Source: Zygnema circumcarinatum SAG 698-1b
Taxonomy: Eukaryota > Plantae > Zygnematophyceae
Assembly (NCBI GenBank): GCA_037447605.1
Contig: CM074810.1
Location: 1,088,880-1,152,879 of the forward strand
Direction of reading: 5' to 3'
DNA length: 64,000 nucleotides
Of the stretch, positions 12,263 through 25,633 are shown piece by piece. Made by a program: the position numbers and the translations under genes. How positions within the stretch are numbered: position 1 is the stretch's first letter; the number at the start of each line of letters is the position of its first letter. The notes beneath the pieces are model-generated. The model was not told the DNA's origin. It did no database searches and saw only the letters and a program-made list of their open reading frames with translations.

Positions 12263-12621
12263 GCCATGGCCATAACCATTTTCTCCTGTCCTCCGAGCAT
12301 TCGTAAGTCCTTTTAGCGACGAAGGGAGGCCTCTCCCTCCCATTTTTCGCTCCCTCGCTTCCTGCGCCCCCTAGCAGTTAGTATCGCTGCTTTCCCTCCA
12401 CAAACCCCTCCCTGAAATCTCCATCTCTGATGAATCTGCACGAGCCCGGAAGAGCGCTCTGCCCCCCGCCAGCTTCAAGCGCAGCAGGCGGCCACAGCCG
12501 CCATGGACACCCTCTCAGGGCCTCGGAGGGGCTCTTCCTCCTGCTCCCCTGCTCACTGAACGCATGAAGCCGCGCACCCAAATAGGACACCCCTGTCGAG
12601 CATCGTCCAATGGCGATTCGC

Positions 12622-12678
12622 CACGTGCCACTTTTGCCTACGTGGCGCGTCGTCGTTGAAGATTGTTGCCCACGTGGC
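12622..12678 (+). promoter_or_regulatory. G-box/ABRE-like cluster upstream of the sphingomyelinase gene
   Basis: CACGTG 12622, TACGTGGC 12639 and CACGTGGC 12671, lying ~110-170 bp upstream of ATG 12789. Confidence 0.4.
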
Positions 12679-12788
12679 ACGTCCTCATTGGATGATAGTG
12701 TGCAGTGAGAGGCCCGGGAGCAGCCCTTTTTGGTTCTCCTCTCCGACCATGTAGCGTGGGCACTTGCCGCGCTTGCGTCTTGGCGGCC

Positions 12789-15700
12789 ATGGCTGCCGCG
12801 GCGCCTGCGCTTCTGCTCACCATCATGTGCGCGACAGCGGTGGCTTTTGGGAGCACTGAGGAGGTGCTCGCTGCTTCTCCTCAGAAGAGGGCGGAGACTT
12901 CAGCTTCAGGCTTGCAATTGCTGCAGCTTTCGGTAAGTGGCACTGTTCCATTCATGCTGGATAAGCGGAATCTCAGTGCGGGAATTGCAGGATGAGTAGA
13001 TATTGGAGAGGAGAGCAACATGTTTTCTTAGATGTGTGAAGGCCGTGTTTTGTTTATGCACTATGGAAGTGCAAATCAGAGGGAAAGAGAAAGAGGGACA
13101 GAAAGTGAGACAATGTAAACTGCACAGCAGCTCTGATCTAGCTGAGCATGCTCACGTTTAATGTGAGCATCACATTATAAGAACGTGTTCTTTAATGTGG
13201 AGCAAAGTGGAGGTGAAGAAGGAAACTTTGTAACTTCATTATGCGTCGTTTTAGCTGCTCAGCATTATATTAACTGAAGCGAAGGGAGTTTTTTAAATTT
13301 TCTACATACGAGCTACCGTAAATGAATGTGCACACCTCCCGTCCTTTAGTAACTTCCAACCTCTGGAAAAAGAGCACAGTTTAGCTCAAAGTCAAGCTTA
13401 CGTACATATATGCAAATATAAAAATCAAGGAAAATTTAGTTGTCAAGGATTTACCAGTTTCCTGAAAATAGCGGTACCCGGCAATGAGTTCTAGGCAGCA
13501 CCTAGAACCTGGAATGCTAAGGAGGTTTCTGCGAGTACTTCATGCTGGGCTCATGGATTAGTCTCCGTCCTTTCCTATCTTGGAGCCATTTAGTAGTTGA
13601 TGGCTTGTAAAGGATAACTGGAGAAAGTTAAGGTCATGAAACTGAAACTGGTATCTTCGCGTTTCTCTGATGTATTTGAAATGGGAGCAGGGGAAACATG
13701 ACAGCTCCTGCCAGCTGTGCATGCGCATTGCTGGTTCAATCCAGAACCTCGCTTTGGTTACGGAGGATTGGGCCCTCCAGTTTGCTAAAGTGGTTTGCAA
13801 GACGTTACAGCTTCAACGTGCAGAAGTGGTCAGTACTTTTCATCAAGTTTTTAGAGTGTCTCCGCAGCCAGGCGCTATTGCTTTTCTGCACATCCGTCAA
13901 CTTCACATACTGCCACCAGCCCCATGCCCTACATACGTAATGTAATTCAGCTCCAAAGAGTGGCTTCATTCTATCTGTGTCCTCGTCAGTCCGACAGTTA
14001 TTGTTTATTGCTGCTCTATTGCTGCAGTGTTCCGGAGCCATAAACCGTTATGGGCCCGTCATCCTGACCGCACTTTCCAATCGGTATCTTGATGCTGCCG
14101 CTGTTTGTGAGGCATCACATATCTGCAGCGAGGGGCAGGGAAAGAATGGCGCTCAGAGTAGAGAAAGTGGCGAATATGGACTTCGAAGGCAGATATTTGA
14201 ACAGTTTGAAGAATGGCAAGCGCTTCATAAGCTTGTGCATAGTCAGAGCACTGGCAGCAATGGAGAGGGTAAAGCAGGAGCTCATATAGAATCTCCCCTG
14301 AAGTGGAAGTTGGCAGACGCAGGCCGTGGGACAATAGTCGATGCAGAAGATGCAGAAAGAGGGGCTACTGGAGACGGCGACGTGGCAATCGCTCACTGGT
14401 CAGCTGAGGGGGCAACGTGGAAAGAAAATCACTCGCAGTCGTTTTCTTCAATTGATAGTAAACTCCCCAGGAATACGGCTGGGGGCAAGTGGGCATCAGG
14501 GAGGAGGCAGAAAACAGACGGTGGAGTGGATCAAGGGCAGCAGAATGGAGTATTTCTGCAACTCACTGACTTCCACTTTGATCCGACATATCGGTAAGCT
14601 ATAGGTTGATGCAGAGTGCATGTGAACTGGTGATTGCAAATGGCATCCTTAGCTTTGGTATTTTCGTTTCTCTTTCAGTCGTGGTCTGTTCTCCATCATT
14701 TCTAACTGAAGAATATGAACATCAGGAACATCGTGAACAGTTTTTAACATGAAGATCATGCTTGACATTGTCAGAGAAGGTGCAAAGGTTCATTGTGGAT
14801 TACCATTATGCTGCCAAGCTGGCAACGGTCGTGGACACTCACACAGGTAAGGAGTTGGCTGGTCCATAGCCGCAGTTAAAAGCCAAGAGTTGACACCATA
14901 GGTAATGCAGCATACTGTGTCCTTTCTGCTTGTCATACTGTTGGCCCTCAACAGCTCTTTTTGCACCACAACTTTTCGATTTGTCATTTAAAATGCGAGA
15001 GTTTGACGAAGGAAACAGCCGTTGTTAAGCTGCACTTGTCACTTACTCACTTTCCTTGCGAGATTGAGGAAAAGACATTGATGATCTTTCCTGAAAAGTG
15101 GACTAATGTGGAGATAATGATTAAATTAATTAGATGATTGATTAATTGATTAGATTAACGTGGGGATTAATGTCACCCTGTTTTTGGTGATAGTATGTCC
15201 TCACTAGCTTCTGCGTGAGGCGGAGCTGGGCAGGTTAGACTGGGGGAGTATACATGCGACTTGTCTGAGCCCCTTCTAGATTCCCTCTTGGAGTTTACAT
15301 CTGCTCCTGGAAATCTGCCAACTCTCGACTTTGTGGTGTACACTGGAGATGTGCCTGCACACACAATCTGGAAAGGTGCACAAGGAAATTGAGGAGAGCC
15401 AATGAAATCTCTTCCTCTACAGAGAAAGAAGAAGAAAGGAAGATTTTGGGTTGCTGAATCTGCACTTCTCCTTGTGGTGCAGACACCATGCAGTCCACTC
15501 TGAAGGTCCACGAGATTCTGCATCAGAAGTTGAAGGCTGCTTTTGCGGGAACACAAGTATACCCTGTGCTTGGCAACCATGACATCGTTCCAGCAGATGA
15601 GGTAAGCTTTCAAGTGCATGCAACGCATGTTGGAACACCACTCTAATTGTTATGCTTAACTGTTGTAGTTTTCGTGCAAATTAGGAACAATGAGAGGTTT

Positions 15701-17449
15701 CACTGCTGCCTTCCTTGTCACTAAATATGAGTCATACGTACTGAATTCTTGCAGTTACCACTTCCTCCAGTTAGTAACGTGGTGTTTCAAGAGCTATGGC
15801 GACTATGGGCGACTTGGCTTCCCCCTGAATGTTCAGAAACAGTACTTTATGGGGGCTTCTATACAGCTGTGCATGAGCCAGGACTGCGGATCGTTGCTCT
15901 CAATACACAGTAAGGGGAGACATAACTCACAATAGACTCTTCGTCTTAGAACTGCTTCAATCATAAAGCTTAATTCGACGCAAGCTGTGCTCGTAGATGG
16001 TGGGATACCATGAACTTTTGGCTGCTCAACTCGACAAATCCGAATGCAGACCCTGCAGGACAGTTGGCATGGTTGGAGAGCACACTCAAAGGAGCAGAAG
16101 CAGCAAAAGAGAGTGTGCTTCTTCTGGTGGGTGAACGAGTGAAACCAATGAAACCATATGGTCCCTTATTAACTTGAAAGACCTCTACTTGCATGCCTTC
16201 AGGACCACTTAATTCAGCCATTTTTAATGTTATACGCAGTTGGCGTTTTCGCCCGCACAGTGAAACTTTACCTTACCCATCTATTTCTATTACGTCTTCC
16301 AAAATATTATTCTCTGCTGGTGATGAAGTTCAGTTGTGTTGAGACGAATGTCAGTCACCTTGTTCTATGACTGTGGTGATTGCAGGGTCACATACCACCA
16401 GGAGATGGATCCTTCTACGACCGCTACTCCAAGAGATATGTCCAACTCCTTGAGCGCTTTCAGCAGACGATTGCTGGACAGCTGTTTGGGCACACCCACT
16501 CTGACGAGTTTAAAGTGTATACAGGAAAGAGCGGAGGTACGTAACCGGCCTGAAGTATTAGAGCAGTCAAATGCGGAGGTCGCATGAAGTCTAGATGATG
16601 CATAGTTCTCTCTCGATTTGCAATAATTAAAGACCTTGTGTCAGTGTTGCTTCCTCTCTTAAGAGAATGTAGAAGTTGGGGCCGTATTCCTCCCCCTGGC
16701 AGAGATAAGGTAACCTCAGCATTTCTGCTATCGTCGATACATTTCGTTTGGCTTGTCTTTGAAATTCAAACACTGACAAGGCAACTCCTTGCTATTTGCA
16801 AAGTGAAGAACCTGTTGGAGTGGCTCTGATCGCTCCATCGGTGACTCCGTATGGCCATCGTAATCCATCCTTCCGCCTCTTCACATATGAAAGGGCACAG
16901 TCTGCTCTGCCGGCTCGAAAAGCAACTCTTCTCGATTACTGCCACTTCTTGTAAGGCTCTCATCTACTCTCAAAATGCCCTGTTGAGGCCCTCTCAGCCA
17001 CTCGCATCAAACCTAAACACAGACTCGAAGTAAGCTGTGTTAGCACGGTATGCCTGATAGCTGCATTGCTGTGTGGCTTTCCACAATCCTTTAGAACTGA
17101 CCCCCCATGGTTTTTGCACAGACTGAACCTCACGCTCGCCATGGAGACCAACAAGGCCTCTGATTGGCCCCTTGAATACTGTGCGAGAGAGCTGTATGGC
17201 TTGGCTTCTTTGGAGCCTCAGGAATGGAAGGAGTTGGCAGAGAAGCTGTCCTCAGACGACAGGCTTTGGAGGCTCTTTGCGGGCAACTTTCGGGGGCAGA
17301 CAGAGTGGGAATGTACTCCAGCGTGCAGGCGGAGGCAGGTATGCTACCTCCTCTCCGGCACATTTTCGGAGCTTCAGAGGTGCAGAGGAGGCAGAATAAG
17401 TGATTTTTCGACTCTACTGGAAGTGGTGCTGAATAAGATGAATGGGTAG
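12789..17449 (+). CDS. SMPD1: Acid sphingomyelinase-like metallophosphoesterase: signal peptide + saposin-B domain + catalytic domain + C-terminal domain
   Basis: Exon 12789-12932 encodes the signal peptide. Exons 13691-13825 and 14028-14593 encode a six-Cys saposin (SCQLC..VVCKTL..ECSGAINRYGP..VCEASHIC) and LTDFHFD. Later exons carry GEYTCD, VYTGDVPAH, PVLGNHD, GHIPPG, LFGHTHSDEF, APSVTPY..NPSFRLF and W-EY motifs. Stop at 17449. Confidence 0.92.
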
Positions 17450-17865
17450 TGTCATAGACTGATGGAATTCGGAAGCAGTGAATGTGAAAAAAGGAAATAG
17501 CATTTCTGGACACGTTTTTGGGCAATGGGAAGGTCCATTCCGCCTTTGGTTAGAGATGTTGGCTAAGATTCACTCTGCGAATGGAGAAGATTTTGGATCA
17601 GACGAGCTTTGACTATGTGCAAAGTACAACTGTACACTTCGGAACTGAATCTAGTTTACCACAATCAATTTTCTTTCGAGCTGTTTGGCTTTGGTTTCTG
17701 CTCAAATTTCTTCCCCATTTTTTCAATTCATTTTTTTGTTCTACGTTTTTTATTTTTGTTCAACCAGACCAGCATTCTGTAGAGAAATGTTCCATATTGA
17801 CACGGCACGTTCTGAAGTGGCAACGTAACAGCCTGTAGGACAACGTGGACGTCATAATTAGCTTC

Positions 17866-17935
17866 GGGAGGGAATGGGGAGGGGGGGAGGGGCGGGAGTG
17901 GGGAGTTGGGGGGGGGAGACGAAAAGGGAAGGGGA
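17866..17935 (+). other. G-tract cluster (potential G-quadruplex)
   Basis: Seven or more runs of 3 or more G within 70 bp. Confidence 0.5.
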
Positions 17936-19105
17936 GAGATTAGGCGTAGGCAAAGTCAGCATTTGCCCAGACTTTATGCAGCTTTGTATACCACATTATA
18001 CAAAGCTGAACCCTGAATCCTAATCTCTGAACCTTAAAACGAACCTCGTCAAAATTGAAATGGAGAAAACCTCGAGACTGCTTACTCACAGCAAATGCAA
18101 TAAACAGCCTCCAAAATATTGGAGCACCAGCCGCTTCCCACTCATCGTTCGACTCCTCTCTTCTTTAACATTCGTTATTTATTGTAAGGACCCAGGGCCA
18201 TCTATGCAGCGGCTTCTGAAGATTCATGATCCTGCAACCTCTTTTTATAAAGAGACATAGAAAAAGTGCCCAAAAATATCCCCTTAAATGTCTCACTCGG
18301 TGTCCGGTGGTTTTGTTCTCACTGAATGGCAGTCCTTCGTGGCCTTTCCTCCCTGTCAATGAGCCTGTTCCACGCCAACCACACATCCCTCTCTAACTCG
18401 ATAAATATCTTCAATACTAATCAATCCAGCAATTGACTACCAATAAAATGTCAGTCAATCATGAATGATCAATACAATCTCTCGCCATCATGTGTGCTTC
18501 ATACAAGCAACTTTCAAGCAGATGCATCACTTTACAACTCCCCCACTCTCCCTCTACTCAACATGATGCCGACATGATAGCGGAGTTAGGGTTCCCTAGG
18601 TTTCTAGTTGAGGACAGCAAACGGAAAACTGAAGCTAAGTCCGGCATGTAGATAGATCGGAATCACGAAAGTGGTTTTGCAGTGATTGACGGAGACCTCA
18701 TGAACCAAACCAAAGTACGGGTCTACACGGTCCAAAAATGTTACTAACAAACATCTACACTACCTTTCGAAAAACTCGCAATTAGCAATATAAACGATCC
18801 GTGAGGAGTTAGAGAACACTCGGAATGTAAACAAGCTGCTTTAAGGGATGTTTCACGTAAACAATTAGGAGAATGTATAAGGGGTTGTAAGTGGCCGCTG
18901 ATCAGCCTCCAAAGTACTTTTCTTAAACATTTGTAGACACTTGTCTGGTCCGGTTACTTTGAAGGTTGTTAAACAGGCGCCTGATCAGTGATGTTTATGT
19001 TCACGGTACTGTACTTTGCAAGGGGTGCTCTACAGGATTCCTGAAAATTATGTGTATTGTATTGTGTATTAAATGTGGTGGCATTAGCTGCAACTCAATA
19101 AGGGA

Positions 19106-22100
19106 TTAGAGGTTGTCGACGCACCTCCACGGAATTTCAGACGTGTTGAACCAAGAACGGACTTCATCAACGTTGGCAAGAGCTTCTCGACATTCCTCTC
19201 TGTCATCAAAGTAGTTCTTCTCCTCTCCCACAATCTGATATGTTTCATGACCCTTGCCTGCAATCACCTGCATCCTTCCCCATATAGCAATGTATGTGAA
19301 GCCCATCACTCCATATTGAATGCCTTCCAGGAGACCCTCTACCACCCCTCGATCGATGCACGAATCCAACAACAGCTCAAGTATAAGCATTCAGTTCAAG
19401 CGTAAGGTTGCCTACCACTGCATCTCCCTCCTCTCCCATTGCCACTGCAGCTCTCACAGCAACCCCCCGCGCATCATGGACATAGAGCCGGTGACGATTG
19501 GGAAGCGGCGGAACATAGCCTTTCTGCATTGAAGCGAGGTAATCCTCCATATTCCAACCCACTCCTGCGAGCATATCGTCGATGACGTCCACTGTACCAT
19601 CAAAAAGAAAAAACCGGCTGTGAAAACTTGATGAGAGTCAGGGAGTAGGTAAAGTGACGAACACGCCATCGTTTGTTGGGATGGGAATGAGCAATCTGTT
19701 AGGAGATGAAGAGTGAAGGGAACGAAAAGCTGCAGGCACTACATGCGTGACTCATAACATTAAGGCTTTTGACGTGCCGATGAATTAAGGCTATCAGTAT
19801 TCAGATAAGTCAACAATTTTTAAATCACTTGTGCGTTGACTTGGGGACCTGTCTCCACAACAAGACGTTGGGGACCTTTCCCCATCCAATCAAAAAACCA
19901 CGAGTCTCCATTTAAAATGCTTTGTAACGTACATACACAACCATGTCAGATTAATTGCTGAAATGAAGAGACCGGTACAGAGGATGGCTTTCCATGCATC
20001 ACGTGGATTGAGAATGATCTTTTTCTGATTTCTAAATTTTTCTATTCACAAAGAATACCGGTTTGCCACTTACATTGGTCTTCACTTCGAGGATTATCCG
20101 ATGTGAGGATTGTGATATCGCTCTTCTCCGTCGCAATTTTAGCCATCATCGGTCGCTTGCCCTTGTCACGATCTCCACCACATCCCACCACTGCGCAACA
20201 TAGGGAGGCAAAGTTTTCCACTATTCAGCTTGCAGTTTAACTGATTGTGCAATGAGCGATTACCATAGATCCAAGTTGGGTTGAATGTTCATATAGCTTC
20301 AATAGAGGACAACCCTAATTCCAGAATACTGCCAGATCTGACCACTCTCAGTGTGACTATCACCCTCGGGGCCCTACATGAGAAGAAGAAGAAGGGAATG
20401 ATTGCTAAGATTTTCATCCTATAATGACTGAGTTGATGTGTACCTACCTGTGATTATCCGGTTAGGCCCACATTCCCGAATTGTATCAAGCAGTCTCGCA
20501 AGAGCATCCGGAGTATGTGCATAGTCCACAACCACAGCAAAGGCCTGCTCTTCATCTATGAGTTCACATCTTCCCGGAACTGCATCCACCTCCTCTATGC
20601 CTTTCACTATGTCCTCTAAGGAGGCCCCAACAGCAATGCCGACAGCAATGGCTGCAAGAATGTTGGAGACGTTATGGCGCCCCAAAAGGCCGGAAGAGAG
20701 TTCGACATTACCCTGCTCACAAATAGAACATCATCATCATCATTGTGAGGCAATGAAAAGTCTGGAAAATGGGTTCCAACATGCCTGAATGAGTGAATGA
20801 AAGAGAAGTTTAAACCTCCCTTTTTCCATGAAAACAGTGACAGTAGAACCATCATCTACAGCTTTCAACGAAGAACACATAAAGCAGTCAGTTTCAGAAG
20901 ACTCAGCAGCGAATTCATGCCTTGAAAGCAATCGTTTCATGCATGTTTCATGTTTCATGAACAAAACGTCCGACCAAAACTGTTATTTAAAAGCCCACAT
21001 CCCAGGACAGTACCTTGGGAGTCTGCACAAGCAGCTCCGTCTCAAAGAGGCTCAGTGAGACCTCCAACGGGCAAACATCTGCTTGCTCATTTTCCAGTCC
21101 GTATGTGACAATGGGCACTTCGGGATTTCCTCGATCAATGAAGTATTGTGCATTCGGATCATCAATATTGATCACCTGTTGCATATGAAGCCGATTTGTG
21201 AATTCTTCCAATCGTGCATAGACGTTTCTCAAATTCCAAGATCAAGGAAAGGAAAGCCGGGGAAAGCAAGCAAGGGAGGAAGCGAGGGAGAGGAAGAGAG
21301 ACAGTGTGACAGAGAAAGAAAGAGAGAGAGGGAGAGAGAGAGAGAGAGAGAGAGAGGAGGCTCACCTTGCGATGGCGGTCAGGCTCTTGCATACGCTCAA
21401 ACAATCGCCCTTTTGCCTCTCGGTAGTCCTCCACTGATGTGTGAAAGTCCATGTGATCGCGTGTGAGGTTGGTGAATAGGGCCACATCAAAGTCCACGTG
21501 GGTGGTGCGCCCAAGGGCCAATGCATGGCTGGATACTTCCATCACACATGCTTCGCAATCCTGCTCCATAGGAGAGAAGTTTATTTGTGCTCAGTCTGCT
21601 AACTAGCATCCAAAATAATGAAACTTCAGAAGTTTTGACAGGCTCCTACGGGAGGGTTTGATCTGATCAATATGCTTACACATGTACTAACGAACATTAT
21701 GGATGTCATATGCACATGGACGAGGGCAAGAGCAGACATTAGGAGGAGCATAAAGGAGTGAAAGAAATAAATGAGAGTTTCATGAGTAGGGAAGTGGAAG
21801 AGACAGAGGCAGAGCGGGGAATTGGACAGGAAAAACTGGGGGTGGCCACCAGCAAAACAAATCTTTGAAATAAGAAAAAAAAAAGTCAGTTGGGCCGACA
21901 AAGTACAAAAAAAATATCACCATGTGTTTTGTTCCTAAAAGTATGTGCATAGGGCTTACCTGCTGGACCATGCTAGCCATGAGCTTTTGCACTTGGACAG
22001 CATCGGGAGTCGTATTGGATGCCTCCATTTCTTTGCCACCAATGCTGCTCACCAAGCAAGGAAGTTCTCAGACGAATAGGCTTCATATATAGCCAATGGA

Positions 22101-24595
22101 TTGTGTTTTTTATCGAAGACAAGTCCACCACAAATCATATAGCCGAAAAAAAGTCTCAGCATGCAAGTGAATCACACAACACGTGTTCCAAATGATGGAG
22201 GGATTGCAGGAGCAATCAGCGATGGATCAACAAACTGAGAAAAGAGAAACTAACTCACCTGTACATGATAGTTCCAAGAAGACCAGTCTTCAAGCCCATA
22301 GCTTCATAGACACTTCGGACCAAATACGATGTGGTGGTTTTCCCGTTTGTCCCTGTGATTCCAACTACCAGCATGTTCCGAGAAGGCCGGCGATAAAAAG
22401 CATCTGCAAGCGGAGCAAGGACCGCATTTCCGTCCTCTACCAGCACAAGGGCCTTCACTGACTCGTCGAGATCAACCTCTCTGCTCGCTACCACCACCGA
22501 AGCTCCTTTCTCCACAGCTTCGGCAGCATGCAAATGACCATCGGTTTTGAAGCCCGTGCAGCACACAAAGAGGTCGCCCTGAGATACCTGCCTGCATTGC
22601 TCCTTTCCAACAGGTTATCCATGAACACAACAGAGAGCGTTGATGGAGATTTTACAGAAGGCAATTTTTATCTAATGTGGTTGTACATCTCATGTTCTGC
22701 GTGTGGAACAAGGCTACGATCTTGCGACTTATAAACTCTAAACAGGTTTTATCACATCAACTTTGACAAGGACTCCACGCAAAAACGGCAGGAAAAATTG
22801 TTAAATGCCATTTGCTTGCGCCTCGTCCAGAATTTCCAATTGTCTCGGTCACGCATTGCAGGCATCGGACATGCCGAACAACGCATTGGCAGAGCCAATC
22901 ATCAGAGCTTGACTTTCGACACTTTCAGAATGCCTGATCCCGATCAACAAGACTCAGACTCATACTCAGAGGTGTGCTGATTCAACATTATATCGTGTCT
23001 AAAAAGCAAAACAGGCGGCTCAGGAGACCTCAAGTTCGTTGTGGGAGGAAACTACTATGCAAATCTCCAAGATAAGGAAGACCTGCGTGACCTTCAATTG
23101 CTAACCGACCATCATTTGTGAACACCAGAATGTTTTGACCAAAGCCAAACGTTGATGTAGCTCAAACTAAAACAATCATTGGCTTAGAGTTGCAGAAGAT
23201 CCTATGTCTGGAAGTCCAACAAGCAATGGCGGATATTCCATTATAACGTTCCAGGCAATGTCCTTACATCTAATAAAAGTAGAGATAAATGGTCAAACAC
23301 AGAGTAACATGCCAACACGGTTCATTCATAGGAAGTCGTGATGACAGAACAACAAGTCTGGACCCTGTTTGACTCTTCTGAGAAGATGCACTATTCTGAT
23401 GTTTCCATCCCTAAAAGCATTAAGATTTTGTTAAGAAAATGGAATCATAATTAAGGGTTTTATTAGTTTCAAGTTTTCACTTTGGAGTAGTACGTAGTGC
23501 ATATGGAAGGCACATGGGACAGGTCTGAGAATTGAAACTATTCCCCAAGAAAATGCATTTTCCAGCTTCATGAGGACTTAAAGCTTACCTCGAATCCTGC
23601 TGGATACCTGTAACGACTGCGTCCAGGTCCCCCTCTATCGCCAACGGATAAATTCCAGCCTGCTCAAGCAAGTCTTTCAGGGATATGTCGTACACTGCTT
23701 CCCCCTCACCATCACCACCTCGTGCTCCGACTCCCAAACCATTCAAACTTTTAGCAACGACTTGCTTGTCTGTGCTTTCTTTCCCAAGCGCATCAAATTC
23801 TGCATCCTCTTCAATAGCATCGTCAGCCCCCCACGCCTCCTCGTTAAAGTCCTCAGGAATATCCAAGCGAGTTCCAGTGTTCCGGGTTCGACCACCATTT
23901 CCTAATCCTTGGGTGAAATCAGAAGCGCTACTGCTGACACTAGCTCTGCGGGCAGATGTTTCTACGCGAGATTTTGAATACTTTCCAACATCCTCATTGA
24001 GTTCCTCCTCCTCATCATCAAAATCTCCTTCCCAATCCTCCTCGTCATCGTCTTCCTCGTCAATTTGCTCTGAAGCTCCTCGAACTCTCGGAGCTGCAAT
24101 TGTTGATCCTGAATTCGGAGAGCTCCACGGTAATGAGGGTACCCTCTTTAACAACTCTTCCTCCTCCTCCTCGTCGTCCTCCTCCTCCGCCTCTTCGTCC
24201 TCCTCGTCATCATCTTCCTCTTCAACTCTTCCTCTCCTTTGAAACTGCATCCTTTGCTGCTGTTGCTTCTTACTTCCTTCCAATTCCTCCTCTTCCCACA
24301 GCACTTCAGGTGGAGGAACCTTTGCCGGGTCAATAAAGTCGTCAAATTTTGCACTATCACGCCTTGGTGGCACAGCTGCAGTTCTAAACCTGTTTCCGGA
24401 ATCCTCTTGCAATAACCTGCAACGTCTATTAACCCTAAAAACCTCCAAACCGCTCCGCAAACTCCAAGTCGTCTTGGAATGTGACTCCGAACTCAATGAC
24501 ACAATAGAGGTTGGCGGTTTTCCCCTGCATGGCCAAGGGTGGCTGCAGATATACACTCCACTTACAGCTGTCTGGGCGGCCATGGCGGACGCCAT
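19106..24595 (-). CDS. MurE: Plastid UDP-MurNAc-tripeptide ligase (MurE) with transit peptide and long acidic N-terminal extension
   Basis: ATG 24595; exon 1 ends at 23589. Later exons carry [20 protein letters not shown] (P-loop), [44 protein letters not shown] and [21 protein letters not shown]. Stop at 19106. Confidence 0.96.
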
Positions 24596-25111
24596 GGCTG
24601 CTAGAGACGCTCCCCAATATAAATAAGCAGGCCTGCGGCTTCCTCCACTCCCCTGCCCTATCCCTCTCCCTCTCCCTCTCCCTCCCTCAGCGCATTTGGA
24701 AGCGCGGTTTGCTGCAACGGCTACAAAAGCAGCGCATCGCGTGCGGAGGGTTTCCACTTCCACTTTTTACTTTTTAGGGGGTTTCAGGATTGGCAGCGCG
24801 TCTGCCAAAAAGCTTCGGGCCTTTACTTCATTGTGCTTTTACCTCTTCATTTTGTGCAACGACTCATCCCACAACACGGGCTATGTCTGCGCTGGTTCGA
24901 GCCTTTGGAGCTATTCACAATTGGAATCCAAGAATGTGTACTTCCCTTCATCAGAAACATTCAGTGAATATTTCGGTTGGAACAAACGTGGAGGTTTGAA
25001 GTCGCAGCGTTTTCAAGGAGGGATGAATTCAAGAATAAGGAGGTGTTCTGCCTAGTCGCAACTTGTAAATGAACTCTGAGACTGACCAATTGGCTTTACT
25101 AAATATAGATG

Positions 25112-25112
<1 letters not shown>

Positions 25113-25170
<58 letters not shown>
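25113..25170. repeat. (TA)n microsatellite
   Basis: About 28 TA units. Confidence 0.95.
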
Positions 25171-25172
<2 letters not shown>

Positions 25173-25633
25173 TATATTATAGATTAGAGACGATTATAGA
25201 TATATGTAGATCAAGCCATTCATTCATTCATTCTATAAATGCATATATTCATATTCAAACAACAAAAAACAAAAAAAAAAAACCAGCGTGGCATGGTCCC
25301 TGTGTGGTGTGGAAAACCCATTATTTCTGCATTCTATATGAAAAAAACGAGAAGCACGTGAGCAGAAACCAACAATCGGCAAAAGCTATTTGATTACATG
25401 TTCTACTTCCCTTTCTCCCTGCTCGTTCCAACTTCAGTTTCCTAAAATTATCATGTACAAGTGCCAACCTCTCACTCCCGAATCCAGCCCAGTTCAGTAT
25501 CACTGAACCTGAATCCTAAGAAAGCTCTTCTTCAAAATCTCAATACATTCTCCATGTCAACCCTACGCCATTCTCCCTCTCCCTCTCCCTCTCCCCCAAC
25601 CCCTCCCCTCTCTCTATTGCCCTCCCACTCCCA

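Noticed and set aside
18500-18570. Minus-strand polypurine tract followed by TTGTA (possible LTR start)
   Set aside because: No matching LTR end, TSD or coding remnant was found.
23685-24336. Ser-rich plus-strand ORFs
   Set aside because: Antisense shadow of the acidic MurE exon 1.
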